NCBI GenBank assembly: GCA_964019425.1 | Contig: OZ025782.1 | Span: 496,001-560,000 of the forward strand | From: Flectonema sp. DT1601 | Lineage: Eukaryota | Length of the DNA: 64,000 nucleotides | Direction of reading: 5' to 3' | Shown: positions 10,729-20,074 of the stretch, one piece after another | Layout: each line of letters opens with the position of its first letter | Position numbering within the stretch: the stretch's first letter is position 1 | Translations under genes and position numbers: made by a program | Notes under the pieces: model-generated | What the model saw: the letters and a program-made list of their open reading frames with translations, nothing else | What the model was told of the DNA's origin: nothing | The model's database searches: none

Positions 10729-12009
10729 ATGTCTACACCACCAATTGTGGAAATTCCGCATGTAGAATCTGAGATGGATTTAGATTCAATTCTGTTTGAG
10801 GATTTGAGGACGGTGAGAGCACAATCACCACGTGCCACCATCGGGGAAGCAGGGACGTTTTGGGATCCCCAATCCAAAATGTCCGAAGAGATGATGAAAA
10901 ACAATTCGTTGGCCTTGATAGGAAGAGAAGCGGTGTATTGTATGAGGAAGGAAGGGGAATCAAGTTGGAATTGGTATTGTGGCTTATTGTCAATGGTGGG
11001 TAATACGGGGAGGGTAACCTTGTCAAATTCGACAAGTCTTTTAAGGGGTGTGTATCGACACACGGGGCCGGACGAAACATTCGACTTTCCACATGCGGGC
11101 TTTGAATATGCCCATGTGATAAGCAAGGATGTGTATTGGGATGAGTGGTCCAAAAGGTTAGTTCTAGAAAATGAACAAAAGATGTTAGGCATGTGCCAAA
11201 AGGTAACTAATTTGGAATCGCAGGTGGCGTCATTGTTATCGCCACAGATGCATGGTGCGCAACCCCAGCCACAGATGCATGGTGTGCAACCCCAGCCACA
11301 GATGCATGGTGCGCAACCCCAGCCACAGATGCATGGTGCGCAACCCCAGCCACAAATTCAACAAGAGAGTGGTATGATGCAACAAATGATGGCACTATTA
11401 TCGCAAAATCAACAATTATGTCAGATGCAGTTGCAGCATTCATCGGAATTATTAAAAAAGAAGTCAGCAGATGTGTGTCAATTGTCACCAGAGAACATCG
11501 AATGTCTGGATTTTGATCTAGCGACGGATGCGACTAACGTGTTACAATGGCGCGATATTTTGGCGCAGGGTGGATCAGAAAGGTTGCTGGATAAACTAGA
11601 AAACAAATACTGGTCAGTGCACAGGGGTAAATTGGCCACGAGGGAGTTAAGGGAGTTGAAGGCAGCCTTTGAAATTGTAAGAGATAATGTGAGGGTGGCA
11701 AGTACTAGATCAGCGGACTGGATTACTTCCAAACCATTGGTTCGGAGTATGAATAAATCATTGGAGTCGTTGATTATGAAATGGGAGTACACGACGAAAA
11801 GGATTAGCTCTGACGATATTGAACGAAGGGTCAAATCAGGGATGTTGTTTGAGAAGGCAGTGAGGATGGCAGAGGTTGATGCAGAGAAAAAGCACAAGAT
11901 AGAAATGAGCGGGAAAGGGTATAAGGGGAGTTGGAATCCACGGAATTTCGAGTACAGGGGAAAAGGGTTCTCGGGAAACGTTGGGGGGGCTGGCAAAGGT
12001 CACAAATGA
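10729..12009 (+). CDS. Gag-like ORF1 of the YR element (426 aa)
   Basis: First ORF after SDR-a; QMHGxQPQP repeats; G/K-rich C-terminus; repeated in each array unit. Confidence 0.8.
   Translation: MSTPPIVEIPHVESEMDLDSILFEDLRTVRAQSPRATIGEAGTFWDPQSKMSEEMMKNNSLALIGREAVYCMRKEGESSWNWYCGLLSMVGNTGRVTLSNSTSLLRGVYRHTGPDETFDFPHAGFEYAHVISKDVYWDEWSKRLVLENEQKMLGMCQKVTNLESQVASLLSPQMHGAQPQPQMHGVQPQPQMHGAQPQPQMHGAQPQPQIQQESGMMQQMMALLSQNQQLCQMQLQHSSELLKKKSADVCQLSPENIECLDFDLATDATNVLQWRDILAQGGSERLLDKLENKYWSVHRGKLATRELRELKAAFEIVRDNVRVASTRSADWITSKPLVRSMNKSLESLIMKWEYTTKRISSDDIERRVKSGMLFEKAVRMAEVDAEKKHKIEMSGKGYKGSWNPRNFEYRGKGFSGNVGGAGKGHK
11245..11352 (+). repeat. 27-bp coding minisatellite x4 (CAGATGCATGGTGYGCAACCCCAGCCA)
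   Basis: Direct tandem repeat. Confidence 0.95.
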
Positions 12010-14795
12010 ACCGAGGTCAGCCCCGAGTTAGTAAAGCGGTTTTTAAGCCGCGATCAGGGAGGCACTTGCCAAAGAAGGTCAGTGTCAGAAGAGTTAGCTC
12101 AAGTTCCAGATCGTATTTTGGAAATAAGGGAGAAGATTCTGCGATCAGAAGGGGCCGAGGTGTCGACGTTGATCGGCAGTCTTATGAAGAACCGAATCGA
12201 GGATCAGGTGAGGAGGGTCCAAAGAGGTCGGAACAAAGAGTTTTCAATGGACCTGAACGAGTCGCTGTTAGTTATGGAAGAGATCGCAGGAAAGATGTGG
12301 GCCCAAAGTACGATGCGAAACCGCCAGTGCTTGTGGGATCGTTTATTGATTTGGGTGGAGCGGAACGATGTTCCGGTAAACCAGGACACAGTGGCGCTGT
12401 TTGTGACAGCAACGAAAGTTTCAAAGCAGGGAATGCTGGCTTATTCAAAGGCATTCTCAGGCATGCTGAAGAGGATGGGATTGGAGAACGAAACGTTGAA
12501 GCAGTTGGCAGCGGCGTTGAGAGCGGACGGGGCTGCAGTCCCATTAGATCAAGCGGAGCCAATAGATCGGTTTACTTTAATCGCATGGGCGATGAGACAA
12601 GATGTCCAGTTGAGAGTGGGCTTGTTGATCGCTTGGAAGTCGGTAGCGAGATGGGGAGAAGTTTGGAAGTTGGGAAGGAGAAATTTCATTTTCGTTTCTG
12701 TGGAAGAGATCATTGTGGACTGGTGGGATGTTCCGAAGGGACGAAGGGAAGATCCCTTCAGGCCGTCCAGATGGGTAGTGATAAGAGGATACCTGACATC
12801 GGAGATAGCACAGGGCTTGCAAATGATGGGAAACTTTATAGCTCTAACAAGGGTATCAACAAGAAGTCTGGATGCTTTGTGGAGAAAGGACCTGTTAATG
12901 AAGAAGTTTTCAGCCCATTCAATAAAAAGGGGATCGATTTCTCATATTATGGGTCTGATGTCAACTGGAAGCAAAATCGACGAGGTCGTCATGGGAAGAC
13001 TGCTGAAGCATTCTTCGAAGAGCGATCCCTTTTCAGGGGTAACGATTCGGTATGGAGGAGACCCGGTGAGCATGGCCCGAGCATTGAGAACGGGAGAGAT
13101 AACGGTGTTGTTGTGAGAAGACATAATATTTGTAGACGACCGAAACGATCGGTATTACCAAGATCTTTAGAAGAAAAGAATTCCCCCCTGCATGTAACGA
13201 AAATTGAACCCATGTCCATTTTATTTGTAAAGGAAAGAATGTCGCAAAAACGGCTGAAAAGATTTAATTTTGTATGGGACTTAACATTTTATCCACACAA
13301 AGTATGCCACAATACCAGTTCCACAGGTCCGCTTGATCCTCATGCTTCAACCCTTGACTTCCATTCTGATTTTGATCATGTGATGAATTTTTCGGAGAAG
13401 GTGAGTTCGTTTTCTCGACTGCATGCTGATTTACTTGTGGAGAACGGGATCGCTCAGGAGACATCACAACCGAGTGAAGTTGAGAACATTCCGTTCACTG
13501 TGGTTGAGCAGAAGGCAACTGGTCTGCGCCAGAGGTTCATTCTTTGGACGAAGGAGTCAAATGAACGTTTGGTTGATGATGGTTATGTTGCTGATGTGCC
13601 CTTGGGGCATATCTCGGAATATCTGGACTCGGTGCTTCTTGATTGTGCAAGCGGAAGGGATTTCAGGACTGGTTTTTATCAGGTCGAGATTCCTCATGAT
13701 GCTCGCAAGTTCTTTAGTTTTAGATCAGACGATGGCCAGTTTTTTGAATTGACTCGGTTACCTATGGGTCATTCATGTGCACCAGAAATTATGCACACAT
13801 TAGCTGCTACCATCGCAGGTCATCCTGATTATGTGAAGCCGGACATCGCGATTCATGATGTAAGAGTAGATGTTTGGATCGATAACATTAGGTATTCTGG
13901 TCCAGCGAAGGAGGTGAAAGCTAGGACGACTGAACTTGATGGAACAGCTATGAGGGCTTCTGCAACTTGGAAGCAGGCTGATTCTTTCGATCTCTCTGTG
14001 GAGTATGAATTTTTAGGTGTCCAGTTTAGCCATCTAAGTAAGACTGTTGTTGTTTCTAAGAGATTACAGAGCAAGATTACTTCTGTGGATTTATTTTTGG
14101 TGTCAGCCTCTGGCTTGGAATCGTTGATGGGTAGATTGATGCATGCATCGGCTGTTTCTGGTGTATCTCCTGGGAGATTCTGGTTTGCCTTGAAGTTTAT
14201 TAGACGGATTATTAATAAGATTAATCGAGGTATTCTTGGTCTTGACGATGCGGTGCATGTCCCTCGTTCGGTACGATTGGAATTGTCTAGGTGGATGGTT
14301 GATGCTGTTAAATTGCGAACTATTAAAAAGATACTCCATGCTTCGAAACTGTTGACTGTATTTGTGGACGCTTCCTTAGAGGGATGGGGAGGTGTTGTAG
14401 TAGAACAGTCAGGTGCCCTTACTGTTGTAGGCGACATTTGGAGGCAAGAAAAAGGACTTCACATTAATATTCTCGAGGCAAAGGCTTTGCTTAATACTTT
14501 GTTAGCGTTGGACTTGTGGGATCTAAAAGGATTTAGGCTTGATATCAGGGTAGACAATACTTCTGTTATGGGGGCAGTTAGGAAAAGACAATGCCAGAAG
14601 AACAAAATCCTGAATGATGTAGTTTTGGCAGTTTCTGATTGGCTAATTTTTAAAAAGGTAGTTTTCAGTGTCAAGTATATTAAGTCTGCGTTGAATCCTG
14701 CAGACGGTCCTTCCAGAACTTCTATGGGCCTACTTTCATCTGATAAACTGCGATCTCAAGTCATACAAGCGGTGGGGCTGTTCTTCCGCACATAA
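12006..14795 (+). CDS. Reverse transcriptase-RNase H of the YR element (also 20781-23570)
   Basis: DFRTGFYQV, RLPMG..APE, WIDN, FLGV (RT); VDAS..GWG, INILE, VDNT, NPAD..SR (DIRS-type RNase H). First in-frame ATG is at 12006. Confidence 0.92.
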   Translation: MNRGQPRVSKAVFKPRSGRHLPKKVSVRRVSSSSRSYFGNKGEDSAIRRGRGVDVDRQSYEEPNRGSGEEGPKRSEQRVFNGPERVAVSYGRDRRKDVGPKYDAKPPVLVGSFIDLGGAERCSGKPGHSGAVCDSNESFKAGNAGLFKGILRHAEEDGIGERNVEAVGSGVESGRGCSPIRSSGANRSVYFNRMGDETRCPVESGLVDRLEVGSEMGRSLEVGKEKFHFRFCGRDHCGLVGCSEGTKGRSLQAVQMGSDKRIPDIGDSTGLANDGKLYSSNKGINKKSGCFVEKGPVNEEVFSPFNKKGIDFSYYGSDVNWKQNRRGRHGKTAEAFFEERSLFRGNDSVWRRPGEHGPSIENGRDNGVVVRRHNICRRPKRSVLPRSLEEKNSPLHVTKIEPMSILFVKERMSQKRLKRFNFVWDLTFYPHKVCHNTSSTGPLDPHASTLDFHSDFDHVMNFSEKVSSFSRLHADLLVENGIAQETSQPSEVENIPFTVVEQKATGLRQRFILWTKESNERLVDDGYVADVPLGHISEYLDSVLLDCASGRDFRTGFYQVEIPHDARKFFSFRSDDGQFFELTRLPMGHSCAPEIMHTLAATIAGHPDYVKPDIAIHDVRVDVWIDNIRYSGPAKEVKARTTELDGTAMRASATWKQADSFDLSVEYEFLGVQFSHLSKTVVVSKRLQSKITSVDLFLVSASGLESLMGRLMHASAVSGVSPGRFWFALKFIRRIINKINRGILGLDDAVHVPRSVRLELSRWMVDAVKLRTIKKILHASKLLTVFVDASLEGWGGVVVEQSGALTVVGDIWRQEKGLHINILEAKALLNTLLALDLWDLKGFRLDIRVDNTSVMGAVRKRQCQKNKILNDVVLAVSDWLIFKKVVFSVKYIKSALNPADGPSRTSMGLLSSDKLRSQVIQAVGLFFRT
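12082..13116 (+). CDS. Tyrosine recombinase (also 20857-21891); true start uncertain
   Basis: Catalytic R (ARWGE), HSIKRG, LLKH, TIRY. Confidence 0.9.
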   Translation: MSEELAQVPDRILEIREKILRSEGAEVSTLIGSLMKNRIEDQVRRVQRGRNKEFSMDLNESLLVMEEIAGKMWAQSTMRNRQCLWDRLLIWVERNDVPVNQDTVALFVTATKVSKQGMLAYSKAFSGMLKRMGLENETLKQLAAALRADGAAVPLDQAEPIDRFTLIAWAMRQDVQLRVGLLIAWKSVARWGEVWKLGRRNFIFVSVEEIIVDWWDVPKGRREDPFRPSRWVVIRGYLTSEIAQGLQMMGNFIALTRVSTRSLDALWRKDLLMKKFSAHSIKRGSISHIMGLMSTGSKIDEVVMGRLLKHSSKSDPFSGVTIRYGGDPVSMARALRTGEITVLL

Positions 14796-14842
14796 TTACA
14801 CTTAATCTTAATATTTCAATATCATTCTCTTTACTGGCGTTG

Positions 14843-15752
14843 GGGTGTTTCTTCTTGAGGTTCGCTATTGGTGTACCTGTTGTTTCTGGCTTGTTGCACC
14901 TCTTGCCTCGGTGTTTTTCAAAGTCTTGGGTAACCGACCTCTCGAAGATGCAACATTACCCCGACGTCAGTTGTTTGTGTTTAATCTCTTTAACATTATA
15001 ATTATAATTTAGTATCCATTTATTTATTCAGTCTTAATTACACAATATGGACGATGATGGTCATTCTCATAGTTTACTCAGGGAATGATCACCAAGTCCA
15101 CTTTTGTGCCTTTTTCTTACTGTTTTTTACTTTAAATTTTTCTGGTTAAAAATACCAAAAATTGTGCCGTGACCGGGAATTGAACCCCCGACCACGGTTA
15201 CGTAAGCGATTTAAGGTCGACGACCATAACAACTCGGCTATGCAGGCTCTGGTACGTCGAAAATTATTTTATACTTATTACTTTTCTGTCCTAACGGAAC
15301 GGAAAATGAAAAATGTCCTTCCTTATCTAAAATGCACTCTGCACCTATTATGTTGGTTCAGCAGTGGCTTATCGAACTTATTAGCTCTCGTTGCACTGGT
15401 TAGCGCTGTGTTTGAGACGTTATATTATATCGGTACACTTTTAACTAATATGTTACTTCCTTTCCTTAGCAAATTTTGCTCTTTTTGTTATTTCTCTAAA
15501 ACAAAAGAATTTCCCACCCTCCCACCCTGGGTGTTTCTTCTTGAGGTTCGCTATTGGTGTACCTGTTGTTTCTGGCTTGTTGCACCTCTTGCCTCGGTGT
15601 TTTTCAAAGTCTTGGGTAACCGACCTCTCGAAGATGCAACATTACCCCGACGTCAGTTGTTTGTGTTTAATCTCTTTAACATTATAATTATAATTTAGTA
15701 TCCATTTATTTATTCAGTCTTAATTACACAATATGGACGATGATGGTCATTC
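14843..15752 (+). repeat. Split direct repeats: b1 14843-15066, a2 15067-15510, b2 15529-15752 (a1 = 17035-17478 type)
   Basis: 224-bp b repeated; 444-bp a identical to the sequence immediately before the gag ATG. Confidence 0.92.
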
Positions 15753-16146
15753 CCCAGGGTTGAACCTTGGGAAAAAAACAAACAATAAACACAGTGTAGA
15801 CAAACACCCGCCGGACATCTGCAGAGCAGCGATCGATGTCGATGTCTTCGTTGTCGAACTTCCTGGCGTTTATGTTTTTGTTTTTAACAACAACACAACA
15901 CCAACTAACAGGTTTGTCTCATTGCCCGTTCTTTCTTGTTTCCCTTTGCCGCCGGAAGAACGAAGGTCGACGGAGGTCCGAAGCATTGCTTGCGATGATG
16001 TTCCGGTATGTGTTGCGTCTCTGTTATTTGTTTGTTTCAACTCAATTGGTTCATCTCAGGTTTTAGAAGTCTTCGTCCTGTTCGTTGGGAAGGGCCTGAA
16101 TCAAAAGTTCACTGCCCCTATTCCTCTCCCAAATTTCTTATTCAGC
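15753..16146 (+). mobile_element. NA-3, putative retroposon 3' end inside the spacer (also 24736-25129); 5' limit uncertain
   Basis: 16051-16146 aligns by eye with the NA-1 3' end, including the GGGC/CAAAA stem-loop and an attcagc terminus. Confidence 0.55.
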
Positions 16147-17034
16147 TTGCCACATGACTGTGTGACATTATTGCTACATTGTAGCTCCCCTACAAAAACC
16201 TTATTTTTTGCAGTTGTCTTTTGGTTGTAGCAACTTTTATTTTATGCTTTTCTAATGTCCCAAAGTTGGTTTATTTTACTTTTTTTTTTCTGCAAGGGAA
16301 CAGTCCAAAGCATAAGTCCGAACAGCCCTAAGGCCAGTGAACGCACTGATTGTTAGGTATTGTATTCCAGGGAAAGTTTGGTTTGTATACTTTATTTTTA
16401 TTTTATTTTATTTAATTTGTTAAAAGAAAACAGGTAACTTTACATGAGCATCGGCTCGAACGGCTCTGGCGAAGCGAGTGAACGAGTCTGATTGCTGAGT
16501 ATTGTATTCTGTTTTCTTGTTCTTTTTTTAATTTATTTCAAACAGGGCAACAGGGGGAAAGTTTGGTTTGTATCCCCTGGGTGTTTAGCGTCACCTGTTG
16601 AGGTGTAATGTATTCTGTTTACTTCTATCCCTTTGTTTTTTTTTTTTTTTTTTTTTATTTCAAACAGGACAGCAGGGGGAAAGTTTGTTTCGTACCCCCC
16701 GGGTGCTTAGCGTCACCCTCCATGCGATGCTTTCGCAGGGAGAGCCAAGGGTCGAGAACCCTGGAGATTACCTTTGTTTCTTTTTGTGACTGGATTGCAG
16801 TGGCGCAACCCATCACCCCACCTGTTGGTATCTTTTTATTTTTTTTATTTAAAGAAAAAAGCAGGCTAAGTCGCCTGAGCTGGCATCGCCAGAATATTTA
16901 ACTTCACATGGCAATGTCAGCTCGTGAAGGGATCCAGTTGGATCAAAGGTTTTCTCCCCCCCACTCTATTTATCGTCATTGGTGCGCACCTTCGAACAGG
17001 AAGGCCAACACTGACGGAATTTTTTACTTCTCTT
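15753..17034. repeat. Constant 1.28-kb non-coding spacer of the YR array (also 24736-26017; partial 8051-8522)
   Basis: Identical between units; contains internal imperfect duplications and hairpins. Confidence 0.85.
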
Positions 17035-18048
17035 TCATAGTTTACTCAGGGAATGATCACCAAGTCCACTTTTGTGCCTTTTTCTTACTGTTTTTTACTT
17101 TAAATTTTTCTGGTTAAAAATACCAAAAATTGTGCCGTGACCGGGAATTGAACCCCCGACCACGGTTACGTAAGCGATTTAAGGTCGACGACCATAACAA
17201 CTCGGCTATGCAGGCTCTGGTACGTCGAAAATTATTTTATACTTATTACTTTTCTGTCCTAACGGAACGGAAAATGAAAAATGTCCTTCCTTATCTAAAA
17301 TGCACTCTGCACCTATTATGTTGGTTCAGCAGTGGCTTATCGAACTTATTAGCTCTCGTTGCACTGGTTAGCGCTGTGTTTGAGACGTTATATTATATCG
17401 GTACACTTTTAACTAATATGTTACTTCCTTTCCTTAGCAAATTTTGCTCTTTTTGTTATTTCTCTAAAACAAAAGAATGTCTACACCACCAATTGTGGAA
17501 ATTCCGCATGTAGAATCTGAGATGGATTTAGATTCAATTCTGTTTGAGGATTTGAGGACGGTGAGAGCACAATCACCACGTGCCACCATCGGGGAAGCAG
17601 GGACGTTTTGGGATCCCCAATCCAAAATGTCCGAAGAGATGATGAAAAACAATTCGTTGGCCTTGATAGGAAGAGAAGCGGTGTATTGTATGAGGAAGGA
17701 AGGGGAATCAAGTTGGAATTGGTATTGTGGCTTATTGTCAATGGTGGGTAATACGGGGAGGGTAACCTTGTCAAATTCGACAAGTCTTTTAAGGGGTGTG
17801 TATCGACACACGGGGCCGGACGAAACATTCGACTTTCCACATGCGGGCTTTGAATATGCCCATGTGATAAGCAAGGATGTGTATTGGGATGAGTGGTCCA
17901 AAAGGTTAGTTCTAGAAAATGAACAAAAGATGTTAGGCATGTGCCAAAAGGTAACTAATTTGGAATCGCAGGTGGCGTCATTGTTATCGCCACAGATGCA
18001 TGGTGCGCAACCCCAGCCACAGATGCATGGTGTGCAACCCCAGCCACA

Positions 18049-20074
18049 GAGTTGAATTTCCAGGTGAGATTTGGACTGTTAGCTTTTGGCTAAGGCCCTC
18101 CCTGAAGAGCAAGAACAAAAAAACTACTCACACCTGAAGAAAACATACACAAAGAACACACTGTAAGCTGTGTGTGTATTTTGTGTTTGTCACAACAGGA
18201 GAGAAAAGAAAGAATGTCAAGGTTGGTCACCTTGCCTATCAACGCACAACATTGGTGGTCTCTACTAGACCCTGAGTGATCCCACTGGATCTCTCATCGT
18301 TCATAGTACCCTGTGTGAAGTTATAAAATCAAAGGTAAACTATGAACTACAAATGACTTAGCCTGTTATTATAATGCCACAGGCAGGCCCTGCATTCAGC
18401 AACTATCCAGCAGTGCTTGGATGTCCTGATTTTCTTCTAAAAAAAAGAAAGAAAAACAAAACTGTAGCTGGGATCACTCAGGATCAACAGACTACCAATG
18501 CTACCTGTTGTACTTGCTCACTATGGGGGGTGATGCCAAACACCCAGAAGTACTAAACTGCTTTCCTTCTTGCTGCCCAGGAGTTTCTGACCAGAACTAA
18601 TAGAAAATAAAAAGTAGATGGGAAACAATAAAAAGTAAAATGGATATAACTGAAGTTAAACAAGACAAATGAAGTAACAGACCAGAACAGAAAGAGGATT
18701 GTAATAGAAGATTACAAATAAAAAAATGCAAGTATCAACACATAATCAAGATACACCAGCAGCTAACAAACAACATAAAATTGAAGATCAGTTGCCAGAG
18801 TATTTCAACCATGGTAGAATACTCGCCCCTCTGGCAGGGATTATCCCAGACTTGTCCTTTAATTTAGTTGGACACCATGGCTTACAACCCTTCCAGAGGG
18901 AAGCACCATTATGACTTCTATTTTTTTTCTTCAAGAAAATCATAAGGTGGGAACAAAGAAAAATGCTAAGAGGAACCCCCTATTAACACCTAAGACATCT
19001 AAACTGCAGCCCAGCTTATGCCCAATGCACTAACAGGTCATTCCCTCACACTCAGATCAAAAAATCAAAGTTCAGAGTGCATCTTAGCGTGAATGAGAGA
19101 ATTTCCTCCCGCTTATTTTGAACAAAAGGGATAGGAGAAGGGATAGAAAACGAACATAAAAATAAAATTCTAAGTGAGAAACACTTAGCAGAAACACTTA
19201 GCAGCTTTTAAGGAGCTGAAAAGCAAAAAAAAAATCTAAGTGAGAAACACTTAGTAGAAACAATTTGTAGCTAATTAAGCTGAAAATAAAAAAATAAAAA
19301 ATTTCTAAGTGAGAAAAACTTAGCAACTTTTAGAACAAATATTTCAGTAAATAACCTGTAATGATTAAACCATTACAAGTTTGATGCCAAAACTGACAAG
19401 GACTGAGTTGAATTTCCAGGTGAGATTTGGACTGTTAGCTTTTGGCTAAGGCCCTCCCTGAAGAGCAAGAACAAAAAAACTACTCACACCTGAAGAAAAC
19501 ATACACAAAGAACACACTGTAAGCTGTGTGTGTATTTTGTGTTTGTCACAACAGGAGAGAAAAGAAAGAATGTCAAGGTTGGTCACCTTGCCTATCAACG
19601 CACAACATTGGTGGTCTCTACTAGACCCTGAGTGATCCCACTGGATCTCTCATCGTTCATAGTACCCTGTGTGAAGTTATAAAATCAAAGGTAAACTATG
19701 AACTACAAATGACTTAGCCTGTTATTATAATGCCACAGGCAGGCCCTGCATTCAGCAACTATCCAGCAGTGCTTGGATGTCCTGATTTTCTTCTAAAAAA
19801 AAGAAAGAAAAACAAAACTGTAGCTGGGATCACTCAGGATCAACAGACTACCAATGCTACCTGTTGTACTTGCTCACTATGGGGGGTGATGCCAAACACC
19901 CAGAAGTACTAAACTGCTTTCCTTCTTGCTGCCCAGGAGTTTCTGACCAGAACTAATAGAAAATAAAAAGTAGATGGGAAACAATAAAAAGTAAAATGGA
20001 TATAACTGAAGTTAAACAAGACAAATGAAGTAACAGACCAGAACAGAAAGAGGATTGTAATAGAAGATTACAAA
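18049..20074 (-). mobile_element. Tandem NA-1: full copy 18049-19401 plus truncated copy 19405-20074
   Basis: gagttgaatttcc restarts at 19405; gag resumes at 20078 with no clear TSD. Confidence 0.88.

Larger units (their letters stand above)
9079..15752 (+). mobile_element. VIPER/TATE-like tyrosine-recombinase retrotransposon, coding-intact copy (a1-gag-YR-RT/RH-b1-a2-b2)
   Basis: ORF order gag, YR, RT/RH; split direct repeats; a1 interrupted by the second LINE. Confidence 0.9.

Noticed and set aside
15162..16230. ORFs of 127-178 aa in SDRs and spacer, and short ORFs in the satellite and NA-1
   Set aside because: Low-complexity translations of non-coding repeats; recurrence only reflects duplication
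16583..16592. gtttagcgtc shared by the YR spacer and the satellite
   Set aside because: Only 10 bp with no flanking similarity; may be chance
18049..20074. LTR-like or retrozyme structure (670-bp direct repeats)
   Set aside because: Better explained as a full plus a truncated tandem NA-1; no TG..CA ends, no TSD, and the CTGAAGA motifs lack a hammerhead stem II-GAAA
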